Positions 16,051 through 28,834 of a DNA stretch of 64,000 bases are shown here, one piece after another; the stretch's first letter is position 1; every line of letters begins with the position of its first letter. The notes below the pieces were generated by a model. The model had not been told where the DNA came from. It worked only from the letters and a program-made list of their open reading frames with translations, and did no database searches. The DNA comes from Guillardia theta CCMP2712. Its lineage: Eukaryota; Protista; Cryptophyta. Made by a program: the position numbers and the translations under genes. The stretch covers positions 389,751 through 453,750 of the forward strand of contig NW_005434610.1 of NCBI RefSeq assembly GCF_000315625.1. The letters run 5' to 3'.

Positions 16051-18709
16051 ATGAAGGGCTTGCAGCAGACGATGAGTGTAGGGCGGGACTCGATCGACTC
16101 CTTGATGAATGTCTGTGGAGACAACCTGGAGGAGGATGCCTCGGACCAGGCACAAGTGCAGGACATCGGGAAGCTCGTGGCGGAAATATCCACGCAAGCG
16201 CTGTTGCAGAAGCGCAGGCTGACAGAGTTCAAGTCAAAGACGGCCAAGGTGCAGGGCAAAGGTTTGAATGAGCAGACTAATATGATCGAGAAGTCTTATC
16301 AGCAAATCCTCGCCAAGGACCCAAACCATGTTCCCACCATGAACGAGTACGCCCTGTTCAATCTAGTGGTCAAAAGGCAGTACGACGCTGCTGAAGAGCT
16401 GTACCTGGCTGCTCTCAATGTAAGCCCGTTTCACACGCTCACTTTGTGCGACTATGGTTTCTTCCTCGAGAGGATACGAGGCGACTTCGATGGAGCAGAG
16501 GCCCTCTACCAGCGGTCGCTCAGGGTAGACCCCCAGCACTTGCCAACCCTTGCGAACTATGCGTTGTTCCTGCATGATGTTCGGAGACAGTACGGGAAGA
16601 GTTTGAAGATGTACAATCAGATGGTGAGGCTGAACGCGTTCAAGGACGAGGATCCAAACCTCTCCAAGGGCGCAGAGTCTCTGCTGACAAGCGCGCACAA
16701 GAAGGATCCAGAAAGTGAGATCATCGAGGAGGAAATTCACCACCTGCGGCTGCAGCAGTCAAGGCGGTACCTGAAGATAACAGAGATGCTGAAGCACAAA
16801 GAGGGGGAAGAAACTAGCTCACAGCCCGCACTGGAGTCAAGGAAAGTTGAGGACGTAGACAAGCACGACGAACTGGACGATGACCTTGATATCGACGCTC
16901 TCCGAATCAAGGATGCAACGGGGAAAGTAGCGAACGAGGCCTACACTGCCCAGCAGGAGGACAACAGCTGGATCGACTCCCGCTCGACCTCTTGGAAAGC
17001 TGCCATCCTGCGGCTGCGGCACCGCTTCTCATGGAAACCGTACTACTTTGTGATGAAGGGCACCAGCATCAGCTTCTTTACTAGTGAGGACTCGTACCTG
17101 GCCAGCGAGAAGGAGCTCGGGACGATATGGATCAGTTCCTGTCAGGTGAAATCAGCAAGCGTGACCAACGGGGGAATCTTTCCCCTGAAGTTGGAGGATA
17201 AGAAGATGAAGTACAAGTATACCCTCGGGTTCAACGATGGGGTGGTGCGGGATGAGTGGGAGAAGGCGATCTTCAGCACCAAGAACTCGATCAAGCGGGG
17301 GCTGGTCAGCGTCCCAGGAGACGAGGGCTCCAAGGAGGAGGCCGAGGAGGTAGCGTTCAAGAGCTTGCTGACGGAGGAACACAAGGCAACCATCTACAAA
17401 GGATACCTGAACGAGCTGGACGAGACCGGGCTGAACGAGTATGACTACATGATCGTCATGCCGCAAGTCTTTTCGGGCTGGAGCGCCTCGGCGATCAAGA
17501 AGAGGAAGGAGAGCCAGATGGAGATCATCAAGATCCTTCGGATGCAGCACCTCATCGTTCGCTGCATCAAGTCGAGGGACGAGGACGAGCTCTTCCTCCT
17601 CATCCGCGCTCCTCGGCCGGAGGAATGGGCGATCGAGAGCAACGCGGGGCAGGGAAGCGGCATGGAGCCATCCGGGGACGAGCTGGCGCTGTACTCGAAG
17701 CGCTCTTCGGGGGTCCAGGACTGGCTGACTATGTGGGCGGACAAGCTGAAGCCCGAGTACCTGGTAAGAGAGTTCAAGGAAGGATTCAAGGGCTGCACGC
17801 TTCCTTACGACTTTGGGCTCCGCCATCTGTTTGTGAGGGAAGGAGAATTCAACGACCCCCGGGCTGTGAAGCCCATCCGGGTGGACCAGGCGTTCAGGCT
17901 TCCAGGGCAGCTGAGGGGGAAGAAGGAGCTGGAAAGGTCGGAGGCGCTCAAGAAGCAGAGCGGGACGCATCTAGGTGAGATGATGGAGGAAGGGGAAGGG
18001 AGGAGAGCTTGAAGGAAGGTGAGGGAGCGAGCAGGAGAGATTGATGGAGCTGAGAGAAGGGAGGAGGCAGACAGGGGAGAAATATGATGAGGAAGAGGAG
18101 GGAGCAAGGGAGGGAGGGTGAGGGAAGGATCAGAGCGAGAGCAAGATTGAGTGGGCAAGAGCTTGATGGAGGGACTGATTTTCGGACGCAGCCGAGTGGG
18201 ACCTGAGCATGGAGGCTCACCGGGTGGCGCAGAACTACGCTAAGACGATAGGAGGGAAGCAGAAGTCGTTCACGGACTGGAGGAACGAGCAGATGCGGAT
18301 CGGGACGATGCGGGCCTCCTCGAAGCGCCAGGAGCTGATCCGCAAGGTGATGGACCTGACGCTGAAGAGGAGGATGACGGAGACTTGGTTCTGCCGCAAC
18401 GACGAGCTCAACCGAAACTGGATCGAGCTCGAGAGGAGGAGCGTCATCAAACTCATCACCCCCCTCCACCACCAGGCCAGCAACGACTGGCTGAAGCAGA
18501 ACTGGGCGGGGATATACTGCCTCACTAGCGCCTTTCTGTCTGCTTCTTCCCCCTTGGACGAGGTAGTGGCGTACTTCTCTGAAGAGATCGCCTTCTACTT
18601 CGCCTTTATCGGCCACTACAATCGCTGGCTCATCTTCCCTGCCGTCTTCGGCGCTGGAGTCTTCGGATACAACATCATCTATGCCCCCGTAACGCTGGAC
18701 ACCCCGGTG

Positions 18710-18759
<50 letters not shown>

Positions 18760-21700
18760 TCTCTTATTTTTGTCCTTGCTCTTCCTCCTGCTTCAACGTC
18801 ACGTATTCCTCTTGTTCCTGTTCTCCTTTTCTTTCTACTCATCCTTGTTCTCTCCCGCTCATTTGCATGTCGTTCAACGGTTGCCTTCCATAACTTATTT
18901 TCCCTCTCCTCCTGCTCCTGCTCCTGCTCCTCCTGCTCCTGCTCCTCCTGTTCCTGCTCCTCCTGCTCCTCCTGATCTTGCTCCTCCTGCTCCTCCACCA
19001 CCACCACCACCACCTCCTCCTCTCCATCCCTTCCCTCCTGCCACCAGCCACACGAGCTGATTCTGTGCAGGCTCTTGTCATCTACATGATCTTCCTGGCT
19101 CTGTGGAGCACGCTCTTCCTCGAGACGTGGAAGAGGAGGCAGAGCGAGCTGGCGCACTCGTGGGGGGTGATGAACACAGCGATAGAGCACATCCCTCGCC
19201 CTCAGTTCAGAGGCAACGTCAAGCTCGACCTCTGGACGAAGAAGACGGACTACAAGGTGCCCAAGAGGTCAGTGAGGATGCGAATTTTCTCTGTTCCCAT
19301 CCTCCTCGTGTTCGTTGCCGTGATCTGCATCGTGACTATCTACATCCTCCTCAACAAGAGCGACTTCAAGGCCGACTCTGGAGGAGGAGGCAGCAAGGCC
19401 TGGTTCACGGGGGGAGCGTTGAGCACCGGGCTCCTGTGCTCATTTGCGATGATGATCTTCGACCAGGTCGGGCAGACACTGTCTATCGTCCTCACCACGA
19501 GAGAGAATCACAAGACGTACTGGGGGCACGAGAAGTCCCTTCGCAACAAGTTCGTGATGTTCCAGCTCTTCAACTTCTTCCTCGCCCTCTTCTGGACGGC
19601 CTTCCATGGCGACTTCGGCAGCCTCTGCGTCGCCAGCTCCGATGCCGTCCTGACGTACCAGCAGTGCATCGACCTGCACAAGGCAGGGTACGGCGCTCCC
19701 GACGACATCTGCGCGCAGCCCGAGCAGATCTTTCAGAGCTCCGACAAGCTGAACCAGGCAGAGCAGTTCGTCCTGTTTACAGTGAAAAACATGGACCCCT
19801 CCGAACTGCGGCAGATCGGGTCGGCGTGCCTAGGGGGTACCACCATGCACTCCCTCTTCCTCATCTTCCTCATCATCTACACCTCTCGCCTTCTCGTCAG
19901 CATCTTCACTCAGTACGTGTATGCTCCCTTCTTAGACCGAGTGCGGGAGATCAGTCAGGAGCTCTACCTCAGGACGAGGGTGAGGGACCGGGCGATCGAC
20001 AGGCTGACGAGGAGGAAGCTGCGGATGGAGCGGCAGAAGCAGAAGAGGATGAACGAGTTGCAGGCGAGGACGACGGACATCCTCCCGATGCCCCCGCTCG
20101 CCTCCAAGGATGACGAGAGGAAAGAGGTCTCGCTTCTGGCCAACGCCGGGGGGATCTACGGGCTGGTCATCAAGTTCTTGGAGTGGAGGAGGCAGAGGAA
20201 GGAGGCGAGTCGGCAGCACAAAACCGCCAGGAAGAACCGGGAGGATGAGGAGGAGGATGCAGAGGAGGAGGTCGAAGTTGAAGACGACGAGGAGCTGGAT
20301 GCGTTTGAGGAGGAAGACTTCAGGCAGATCTCCTTCGACATCTCCATCCCTGGCTCGGAGTCCAGATTGTGATATCCTCCTCCTCCTTTGTCTCCTCTCT
20401 CGTCCTGGTCCTCTTCCTCCTCCGTCCTCTTCCATTCTCGTCCTCGCCCTCTTCCTTGTCGGCTCATCCTCTTTGTTGCCCTCCGTCCCTATTCAACTTT
20501 TCTCCGCCCGTTTCCCTTTTCCTCCCCTGCCTTTTTGTCCTCGTGCTCCTACTCCCCGATCCGCACTGCCTCTTCCTCAATCTGACTTGACGGCAGGGCA
20601 CCGTATTCCTCCTCATTCTTTGAGATCGATCAGATGTTCATCCAGTTTGGTTCGTTCATCTCAAATCATTCTCCTTCTCCTCTCCTTCCTCCTTCTCATC
20701 TCCTCCTCCCTCTCCCACCCTATCTCTCTCATCTCTTCCTTGGTGCCTTCCTTCCTGTGACTGCTCATCTTCCTCCTCCTCCTCCTCCTCCACCACCACC
20801 ACCACCACCTCCTCCTCCTCCTCCTCCACCACCACCACCACCTCCTCCTCCACCACCACCACCTCCTCCTCTCCTCCTCCTCCTCCTCCTGCTGCTGCTG
20901 CTGCTGCTGCTGCTCCTCCTCCTCCTCCCCCCCCCCGCTGCTTCTTCTTCCTCTTCTTCTTCTTCCTGATGATCCTGCTCCTCCTCCTCCTCCTCCTCCT
21001 NNNNNNNNNNNNNNNNNNNNNNNNNNNNNNNNNNNNNNNNNNNNNNNNNNNNNNNNNNNNNNNNNNNNNNNNNNNNNNNNNNNNNNNNNNNNNNNNNNNN
21101 TCCTCCTCCTCCTCATCATCATCATCATCATCATAGCACTTCTCACGCATTGCTCACATGACGCACAGGCTACATCGCGCTCTTCTCCGCCGCCTTCTCT
21201 ATCGCTCCCCTCCTCTCTTGGATAAACAACCTTGTCGAAGTCCGGCTGGACGCCAGGAAGCTCACCTCCTACAGCCGACGGCCCTTGATCAAGCATGCCA
21301 AGGAGCTGGAGTTCTGGATCGAAGTGCTCGAGCTCCTCGCCTACCTGGGTCTCATCTGCAACGTCCTCCTCCTCGGCCTCGGCTCCTTCTCCCTCCGCGA
21401 CCTCCTCGGCCTCACCCAGGACCTGCCCAGCTCGAGCCCGCCAGACGCCGTGCAGTACAAGACGGCAGACGAGCTGAGCTCCCTGGGGAAGGACTTCCGG
21501 GGGCGGGTGACGATGCTGTGGTTCATGCTCGCAATGGAGCACGCGATCTTTCTGGTCAAGATCGCCTTCGCCTTCTTCATCGAGGACGCGCCAGGGTGGG
21601 TGAAGGAGGCGGAGAAGGGGATCAGAAAGTACCGCAACCGCAAGTACCTGGAGAGCGCTTTCCAGCACGACGACGAGGGGAGCGAGGGGCAGGAGTTCGG

Positions 21701-23104
21701 GAGATGCACGGGGGAGCTGAAGGGAGAGCTGCTGTCGGCCATGCACGAGAGGAACGTGTCCGACATCCTGGACGAGATGACGAACGCTCCTAGCGAGCGG
21801 CCGAGGAGGCAGGAGCGGATCATGACGCTGCTGTCGGTGGTGCAGCGGCAGGGGCTGGTGGACGACAAGGGGCTGCCCCTTGGCCTCGACCAGGCGCTGG
21901 CGCGCGAGCGGCAGCGGCCCAACGGCGGGAAGCTGGGGACGGAGAAGCACTTCACAGCAAGCAGCGAGCTGGGGTTCGCGAGCATGGTGGAGGAGGAGCC
22001 GGTCGCCAACGTGGTGGTGCGGATAGTGGAGGCGATCCGACCGCACGTGTTCATGAATTCTGACAAGAATGTGGAGATGAAGGAAGCAGACTTTCTCTTC
22101 TTCTCCCTCCGCGCGTCCTGTCCCGGGTTCCAGCACAAGCAGAACACGAGGGTGGTGGAGGCGTCGCCGACCCTCTCGTGGAAAGAGCCGCTCGTCGTTG
22201 CTGTGCCTTCGCTTCCTGTTGCCTTGGAGGTGAGTGAGAGGCAGGAAAGGTGGAGGGAGGGAGGGAGGGAGGGAGGGAGGGAGGGAGGGAGGGAGGGAGG
22301 GAGGGAGAGGCAAAGCAAGAGGGAGGGAGGTAGAGATGAATGGAGGACCAAGGAGGGCTTGACAATAGCAAGGAAGATCTAGGGGACAGGGGGAGTAGGA
22401 TGGAGGACGGGAGGATCTTCCTAACCCCGGGCTCACTGGCTCGAGCAGCTCGAGTTGTACTCGTACAAGGGGCAGGAGGAGCCAGCAGGCCTGCTGGCAA
22501 CGGCGATGACCTGCGTGACTGGAGGAGTTTTTGATGTGGACCCAATCAGGTCGACCATCCGGGTGCAGGATGAGCAGGTTGATTTCTTGTCTCCCCGCTT
22601 GTCTCTCTTCTACTCTACATGCTCTCTCTTCCTCCCCTCCCCTGCCCCACTGCTGTCCTGTCCTGTCCTGTCCTGTCCTGTCCTGTCCTGTCCCGTCCCG
22701 TCCCGTCCCGTCCCGTCCCGTCCTGTCCTGTCCTGTCCTGTCCTGTCCTGTCCTGTCCCGTCCCGTCCCGTCCCGTCCCGTCCCGTCCCGTCCTGTCCTG
22801 TCCTGTCCTGTCCTGTCCTGTCCTGTCCTGTCCTGTCCTGTCCTGTCCTGTCCTGTCCTGTCCTGTCCTGTCCTGTCCTGTCCCGTCCTCTCCTCTCCTC
22901 TCCTGTTCGGTTTGTCTTTGCAACTCCACGTTCCCACGCTCCTCGCCCTCGAGCTTCTGTCCTTATTCTTCCCCCCTCTTCTTCTCCTCCACTCCTCTTA
23001 CTTTCACTGCAGGATTCATGGCTGCCGATGACTCAGCCTGACTCGTGGGAGACGGTCATCTCCAGCGGCGCTCTTCATTTGCAGCTTTCGATAGGTCGAA
23101 ATCC

Positions 23105-23137
<33 letters not shown>

Positions 23138-24901
23138 AGTGCTGCTGCTGCTGCTGCTCCTCCTCCTCCTCCTCCACCACCACCATCACCAACTCCTCCT
23201 TCTCCTTCTCCACCACCACCACCACCTCCTTCTCCACCACCACCTCCTCCAGCTCTCCTCTTCCTGCTCCACCAGCTGCTGCATCTGTTCCTGCTGTTCC
23301 TCCTTTCGCTCGCTCACACCTTTGCTTCCTCTTCCTCAAGTGCCTCGTCTTGCTGAATCTCCTCCTTCTCCTCCTCCTCCTCCTTCTCCTCCTCCTCCTC
23401 CTTCTCCTTGCTGTTTTCCTTTTCCTCCTCCTTCTCCTTGCTGTTTTCCTTCTGCTCCTGCTCCTCCTACCCCTGTCACGCCTGCCCTGCTCCTGCTCTG
23501 CTCCTTGACAGAGTGAACAGAGTTCTTCCGCGAAGAGGACAGAGTGGGAGTTAAGGATAAAGACAACAGCTCAGGGGATGCGACGGAGGAGGACGTCTCA
23601 GTCGCAGGAGAGGAGGAAGAGCACGGGACGACGAGGAGGCCGGCCGGGCGGTGAGGCTCACGGGGGGTTGGGAGGGGGAGGAAGGAGTACAGGACTCCAC
23701 CTGACAGACAGCAGGTCGGTGCTGGACACCGTCGGAGGGATCGGGGCGGAGGTGGAGGACATGGAGGACCCGAGGAGCGGGAGCATGTGAGTGGAGCCTA
23801 ACCCCAGCTGGCAGCGAGCTGACTTCCCAGATCAGGCTCGCCTGCATCAAGGGCGTCAGGAGGAAGTCGCCCGCCGAGGCAGCGGGGATCCGAGCTGGGG
23901 ATCGCGTGCTGAGAGGTGCTGGCATCTCCACGTCCTCAGGCTCCTCACTTGGTGCTGCAGTGGACGAGAAGAACGTGGATGGGATGGGAGCTTTCCTCGT
24001 CCGCTCCCTCCTCTACGGCCCCGTCAACAGCCGCCTCTCCCTCACCCTCCTCCGCCGTGCGGCCGACTCCTCGGGACTGGACAGGATGTAGGGCTGATTG
24101 CTGCTGCTGCTGCTGCTCCTCCTCCTCCTCCTCCTCCTCCCCCTCCTTCTTGTACTCCTCCTGCTCCTGCCGCTTCTCCTCTCTGCAATTTCCCTTCCCT
24201 CCTTTTCCTGCCCCTTGCTGAAATGTCGCAGATTTAAGGTGCAGCTTGTAAGGGATGCGGACCTCAAGCTCAATCTCGCTTCCAAGAAGCAGATCCATCG
24301 AGGTCCTGCGCCTGCTGCTGCTGCTGCTGCTGCTGCTGCGCCTGCTGCTCTTCCTGCTGTACTTTGACGTCCCTCACTCTTACGCCCTCGCAGACATCAT
24401 CCTCAACATCGTGTCGGCGATGCGGCCGCACGTGTTCAGCGTCATGCAGGAGGAGGAAGCGCTCACTCCCTTCTACTCCTTCCCGGAGCTGCTCCACGTG
24501 ACTTGCTCCATGACCCACAGGAAGCGGCCTGACTGCTCCTCTCCTCTCCTGCAGGCCCTCAAGGACGGCAGCGTAACCCGGCAGTCGCTCCTCCTCTGCC
24601 CGCAGCTCAACATCGACGTCTGGACTCAGATCACTCGCCTCCCCGACGTCTGCATGCTCCTCGATTTCGCCAGGGAGGCGACCAATGAGGAGATGCGAGA
24701 GCTGACAGAGCACGGGGCGGTGAGAGTAAGAGGAGGAGGCTTGTTCCTGCTGCAGCTCACGCACTGCAGGTGGGGGAGGAGGAGAGGATGGACACGGAGA
24801 CGGTGGAGCCGACGAGCCGGACACGATCGGACGGAGGTGAAGGAGGCTCGGTCTTGGACTCTGACTCGGCCTCAGTCTCCTCCATCATCTCCGGGGATTG
24901 A
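16051..24901 (+). CDS. Anoctamin/TMEM16 family protein fused to N-terminal TPR repeats and a PH domain, with C-terminal C2-like domains
   Basis: TPR: YDAAEELYLAALNVSPFH, DFDGAEALYQRSLRVDPQH. PH: SWKPYYFVMKGTSISFF...VRDEWEKAI. Anoctamin: IKLITPLH, PLDEVVAYFSEEIAFYFAFIGHYNRWL, LWSTLFLETWKRRQSELAHSWG, RENHKTY, FEIDQMFIQFG|YIALFSAAFSIAPLLSWINNLVEVRLDARKL, LAMEHAIFLVK..EDAPGWV. C2-like: VVVRIVEA...QNTRVVEASPTLSWKEPL. Exons include 16051-17973, 18192-18705, 19071-20368, 20597-20649 and 21169-22229. Confidence 0.9.
21001..21100. other. Assembly gap (N)
   Basis: Run of N inside an intron. Confidence 1.
22654..22886. repeat. (TGTCC/CGTCC)n pentanucleotide microsatellite, intronic
   Basis: Directly visible alternating blocks of TGTCC and CGTCC. 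Confidence 0.95.
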
Positions 24902-24955
24902 CGTCACTTGTCAAACTCTACTACAAGTACAACTTCAACAATATCTCACATGTTG

Positions 24956-25192
24956 TCACATGATGCTGCAACATTTGTTCTTCCCTCGCAGCGTCTCCTC
25001 CTCCCCAGCAGGGTACGAGCTGACCTTCCCCTCCTTCACACCGGCTGGGGCAGGCGCAGCCACCTCCGTCCTCGTTACCACATCCGGGACGGTCTTGTAC
25101 ATCGCCTGCATGCTGATCAAACAGAGTACAAGGAGGAAGGAGACAAGATCACCTGTACAATATTGGCTCTGCTATCCTCTTCCGCTTCCTCC

Positions 25193-25237
<45 letters not shown>

Positions 25238-27797
25238 GGCAAAGCAGCAGCAGTCTTTACCGTCGAGTCCCTCTCCCCTTCCTGCTCTCCTTCCACCTTC
25301 CCTCCCCTCCCTGAGCCAACCTCCCTCGGGATGCTGATCGACCGGGGCAACGGCTCCATGGAGATGTGAAGTCCTTCTTCCTGACTCGCTCGGGCTGATT
25401 CCACGCTCTCACTGTCGCAACTTTGCAAGTCCAGCGGGCCGAGGGAGGACGTGCTGGTGACAGCAGAGACAAGCCCCTCCTTCTCTTGCACGTCATGAGA
25501 CTCGGTCGTCTGCTCCTGTGCCTCAACGTCATCGTCGTCATCGTCCTCGCTTGTGTCCTCATGCTCGTCCTCGCTTCTTTCGTCGTCCTCATTCTCGTCC
25601 TCCTCCTCCTCGCCCTCCCTCTCCCCCATGTTCGTTAAACAGTTATTCACATTCTGAAACGCATCCAGTCGCGTTACATGGTGTACACCTTCCACATTGC
25701 TTTCCTCAACTGGTTCCTCGGATACACTCCGGGACGAGAAAACTTCCAGGGCCCCTCGTACCTCAGCCTCGTCCGTCTCCTCCTTGTCAAGGATCGAAGC
25801 ATCGGCATCCGTGCTCGCAGCTTGCAGACTAGTCCTGTCCTCACAGCTCCGCTCCAGCGACGAGCTGCTGTTCGTCCCCGAGCTCCTCCCTGCTCCCTGC
25901 GACATCGTCCGGTCCTCGTCCTGAGTCAGCGAGTGGGCCCCTGCTGCAACTCCAGAGCTCTCGCCTTCCTCAGAAGTCTCACTGTCCCCTGAAATCTGAC
26001 TCCTGCACCTCGCCGTTAACCTTTGTTCCGAGCTGTACTCCCCTGCACGCACAGTCGATCAGCTCTGACCGAACCAGACAAGCAGCCCTCTCAAGCCTCA
26101 TCCCATCCCCATCTTCACCTCCTCCCGTCCTGCCTCTCACACTCCATTCCAGCTTTTCTTTCCTCTCCCCTCGTCGTCAACAAGTCGTCACGAGTCTCAC
26201 CGCAAATCTCCGAATGTTTCCGTTTCCTGCTCATCCTTCCCTCACTCCATATGTCCGTCGCTCCTCCTTCGCCGGAACCACTACCATCATGCGCACCTAC
26301 ACACGTGTCAGCAGCGTGTAAGTAGGAGTGCACAACTCACTTGTATCCAGCATCGTAGCCCGAGAGCCCGAGAGGGATTGGGCCGCAAGTCGATCCCCAA
26401 GGGCGTTGAGGTCCCGTGAGAAAGACTGCAGATCCTCTCCTGAGTTGCGGAGATGAGACCGTTCTGCATCATCCGGTCACCATGGGAGGCCAGCACATTT
26501 GAGATGCACCTGAGACGGAGTTCTCCGACAGCGCAAGACCGTTGTCATCGTTGATCAGGTCGTCAAGTCCGAGCTCCGACTCTTGATCTACCATGTACGT
26601 GCTCTGCCTCGTGTAATCATCCAACCGGTCATCGATCGGGTCATCGTAAGATTCGTAGACATCCGACAACATGCTCGGTTGCAGCTGAAACCAACGATCG
26701 TATCAGCTCGGGCTTCAATACGAACGTCTCTCTCACCTCAAGATCAAAGTACTCTGACCAATCCGAATCGGCCATTGCGCCATAATCGTGCGAGGACCTT
26801 GGGGGAAGGTCGATGAATTGGTTGATTCTGCTAGGGTTGAAGGACAGGGGAATTCCTGCCGCTGAAGGGTGCTGGATCCTACGTCTCCTTTGCCTGCCAT
26901 TCGAGCTCAGTCTCCATGGCCACCGAGAAGCTGAGCAGCAGCAGCACAAGGATGTGCACCTTCGGTGGAGCGAGGAACCCGCGTGCACGTTTCTCCTTGC
27001 TGATTGGAGTTCTGAACTACCTCCATGACGCCGAGTCCTTCAGGTTGAAGAATTTCAGCACGGAAGCGCAAGTCTGCACCTCACCTTGGTATATACGATA
27101 TCGACGACATGATTTCCTGCAGATTTGGCGTCCCGTTTCCACGATGCAGTATCCTATGCACGACTCTGTGCATCTCCCGCTCTGGCACGGGTATGGTAAC
27201 GGTCCCTCGGAGCACGATCCTGCTAGATCGCATTACGCTCTCCTCCCCAGCAGTGGTGGGCAGCTCATCGTCGTTCTCCTGCCAGAAGGGTATCAGTCCT
27301 TGTCCTCCTACCATCTCCTCTCCCTCACCTGCTGCGGTGCAGCGAAGGCTGCTCCTGGGAACTTGACCACAAGGTAGATCACTTGCGACGGCGATTTGGA
27401 ATAATCCGAAAGCCTCTTGGTATCTACCATCTCACACCCCGCCCTGCCCGCACCCAGTTGAGCAGAGTCGAGCAACATGCTCCAGCAGAACTCACGACAT
27501 CAGCCGTTGGCTCTCAACGGCGATGGAGGTGGTGCTGGCGACCTCTTTCTTCAGCTCCGACACCTCGATGTCCGACCGGACCTGCACGCCTCGCCATCAG
27601 CAATGCACGCGACTGGGTCGCAGGGTGAGCACCTGAAGATAGAACTCCTTCTTGTCCAGAGTCTTCACCATCAGGTCCACATGTTCCGACATGAAGTCCT
27701 TCGATTCTTTGTACGATAGCCGACTTGGGCTGGCGGTATCCATGATCGAATCCATCCTGAAGAGTGGATGAGCATAAGGCGCGATTGCTTCAAGCAT
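24956..27797 (-). CDS. Ubiquitin-like (UBL) domain protein with a long acidic/polyQ disordered region and C-terminal CaaX (KNKCCSIM*)
   Basis: Spliced N-terminus VDLMVKTLDKKEFYLQ|VRSDIEVSELKKEVASTTSIAVESQRLMS|AGCEMVDTKRLSDYSKSPSQVIYLVVKFPG aligns to ubiquitin by eye. The last exon (24956-25106) ends ETLRGKNKCCSIM-stop. Joining the middle exons into one gene is inferred from GT-AG phases. Confidence 0.65.
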
Positions 27798-27912
27798 GTC
27801 CAAAAGCGAAATAAAAAACATTGTTTTCACTCCATTATACATTTATGCATTCGGGTGATGGCATGAATAGCAACTTTCGCATCACATGTGCCTGAGAACT
27901 CTGCAGGGTTTG

Positions 27913-27948
27913 CAACATTTGTGGTCGTTCCAACATTTGTGGTCGTTC
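27913..27948. repeat. Perfect 18-bp tandem duplication (CAACATTTGTGGTCGTTC x2) in a divergent intergenic region
   Basis: Directly visible. Confidence 0.9.
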
Positions 27949-28834
27949 AAGGGGGTTGACAACAAACTCAACCACTTCAAGAGGCCATGACAGCATCTGA
28001 CGTCACATGACAACAAGGTCAAACCAGCCGTCTCCTCATCATCTCATTCAAGCAGCAATCATCAACACCTCATTCGCCCCGCACACATTTGTGGGGTTTT
28101 ACCTGGGAATGGGTAGAGAGGAGAGAAGAGGGGGGAGAGTAGGGGAAGCAGGAGGGAGAGGAAGGGATGATGTGCAGTCTTGGCTTCTCCTCTTCGTTTA
28201 TCGCGCTCCTCTTGCTGCTCCTCTTCCTCCTGCCGTACGCGCCATGGCGCCAGGTAAGGCAGCCGGCTGCATTGATAACTGGTCTTGTTCTGGAAGGGTA
28301 GGGGTACCACAGCGGTACCTTTGGCGCCAGGAGGTACCAGAATGTACCCACCCTCTACGATGAAATTTGGCTCAAATACAGGGGTCTATTTGATTACTTT
28401 CTCGAAAAAGGGGGTAGTAGAACAGAGAGATGGGGTACACTATCCACACTGCAATGAGAGCAACCGACGGGGAAGTGGTAGGGTACTCAGCAATTGGGGT
28501 GGTCAAAGTACCCTAGAAAATTTCAATCATGTTTTGGAAAAAGAAGGGGTACTTTAGTACTTTTAGGATGTAGTGTCCAGTGGGGTAGGTGGGATGGGAA
28601 CAAAAGGGGAATTCTATATCATATAAAATTTTGATGGGAAATCTTCAACCCTACCCCCCTGTTTGAGCTAATCATGTTAGGAGATGTTCCCACCCCTGTT
28701 TAATTGCAATTGCCAAGTTTAATGAATTTTTATTGTAGTCAAACTACCGCCCATGGCGAGCACCGTAGCTCCAGTTTTCTGCAAGGGAGAGGAGGAGGAC
28801 TGAAGAGGAGGAGGAAGAGCGCGATCACACGAAG

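Noticed and set aside
20661-22937. 758-aa minus-strand ORF with GQDRT repeats
   Set aside because: Antisense shadow of the GC-rich anoctamin exons plus translation of the intronic (TGTCC)n microsatellite, and it reads through an N-gap
27998-28005. TGACGTCA (CRE-like) palindrome upstream of the UBL gene
   Set aside because: A single 8-mer is expected by chance in 64 kb; another copy overlaps the anoctamin stop codon
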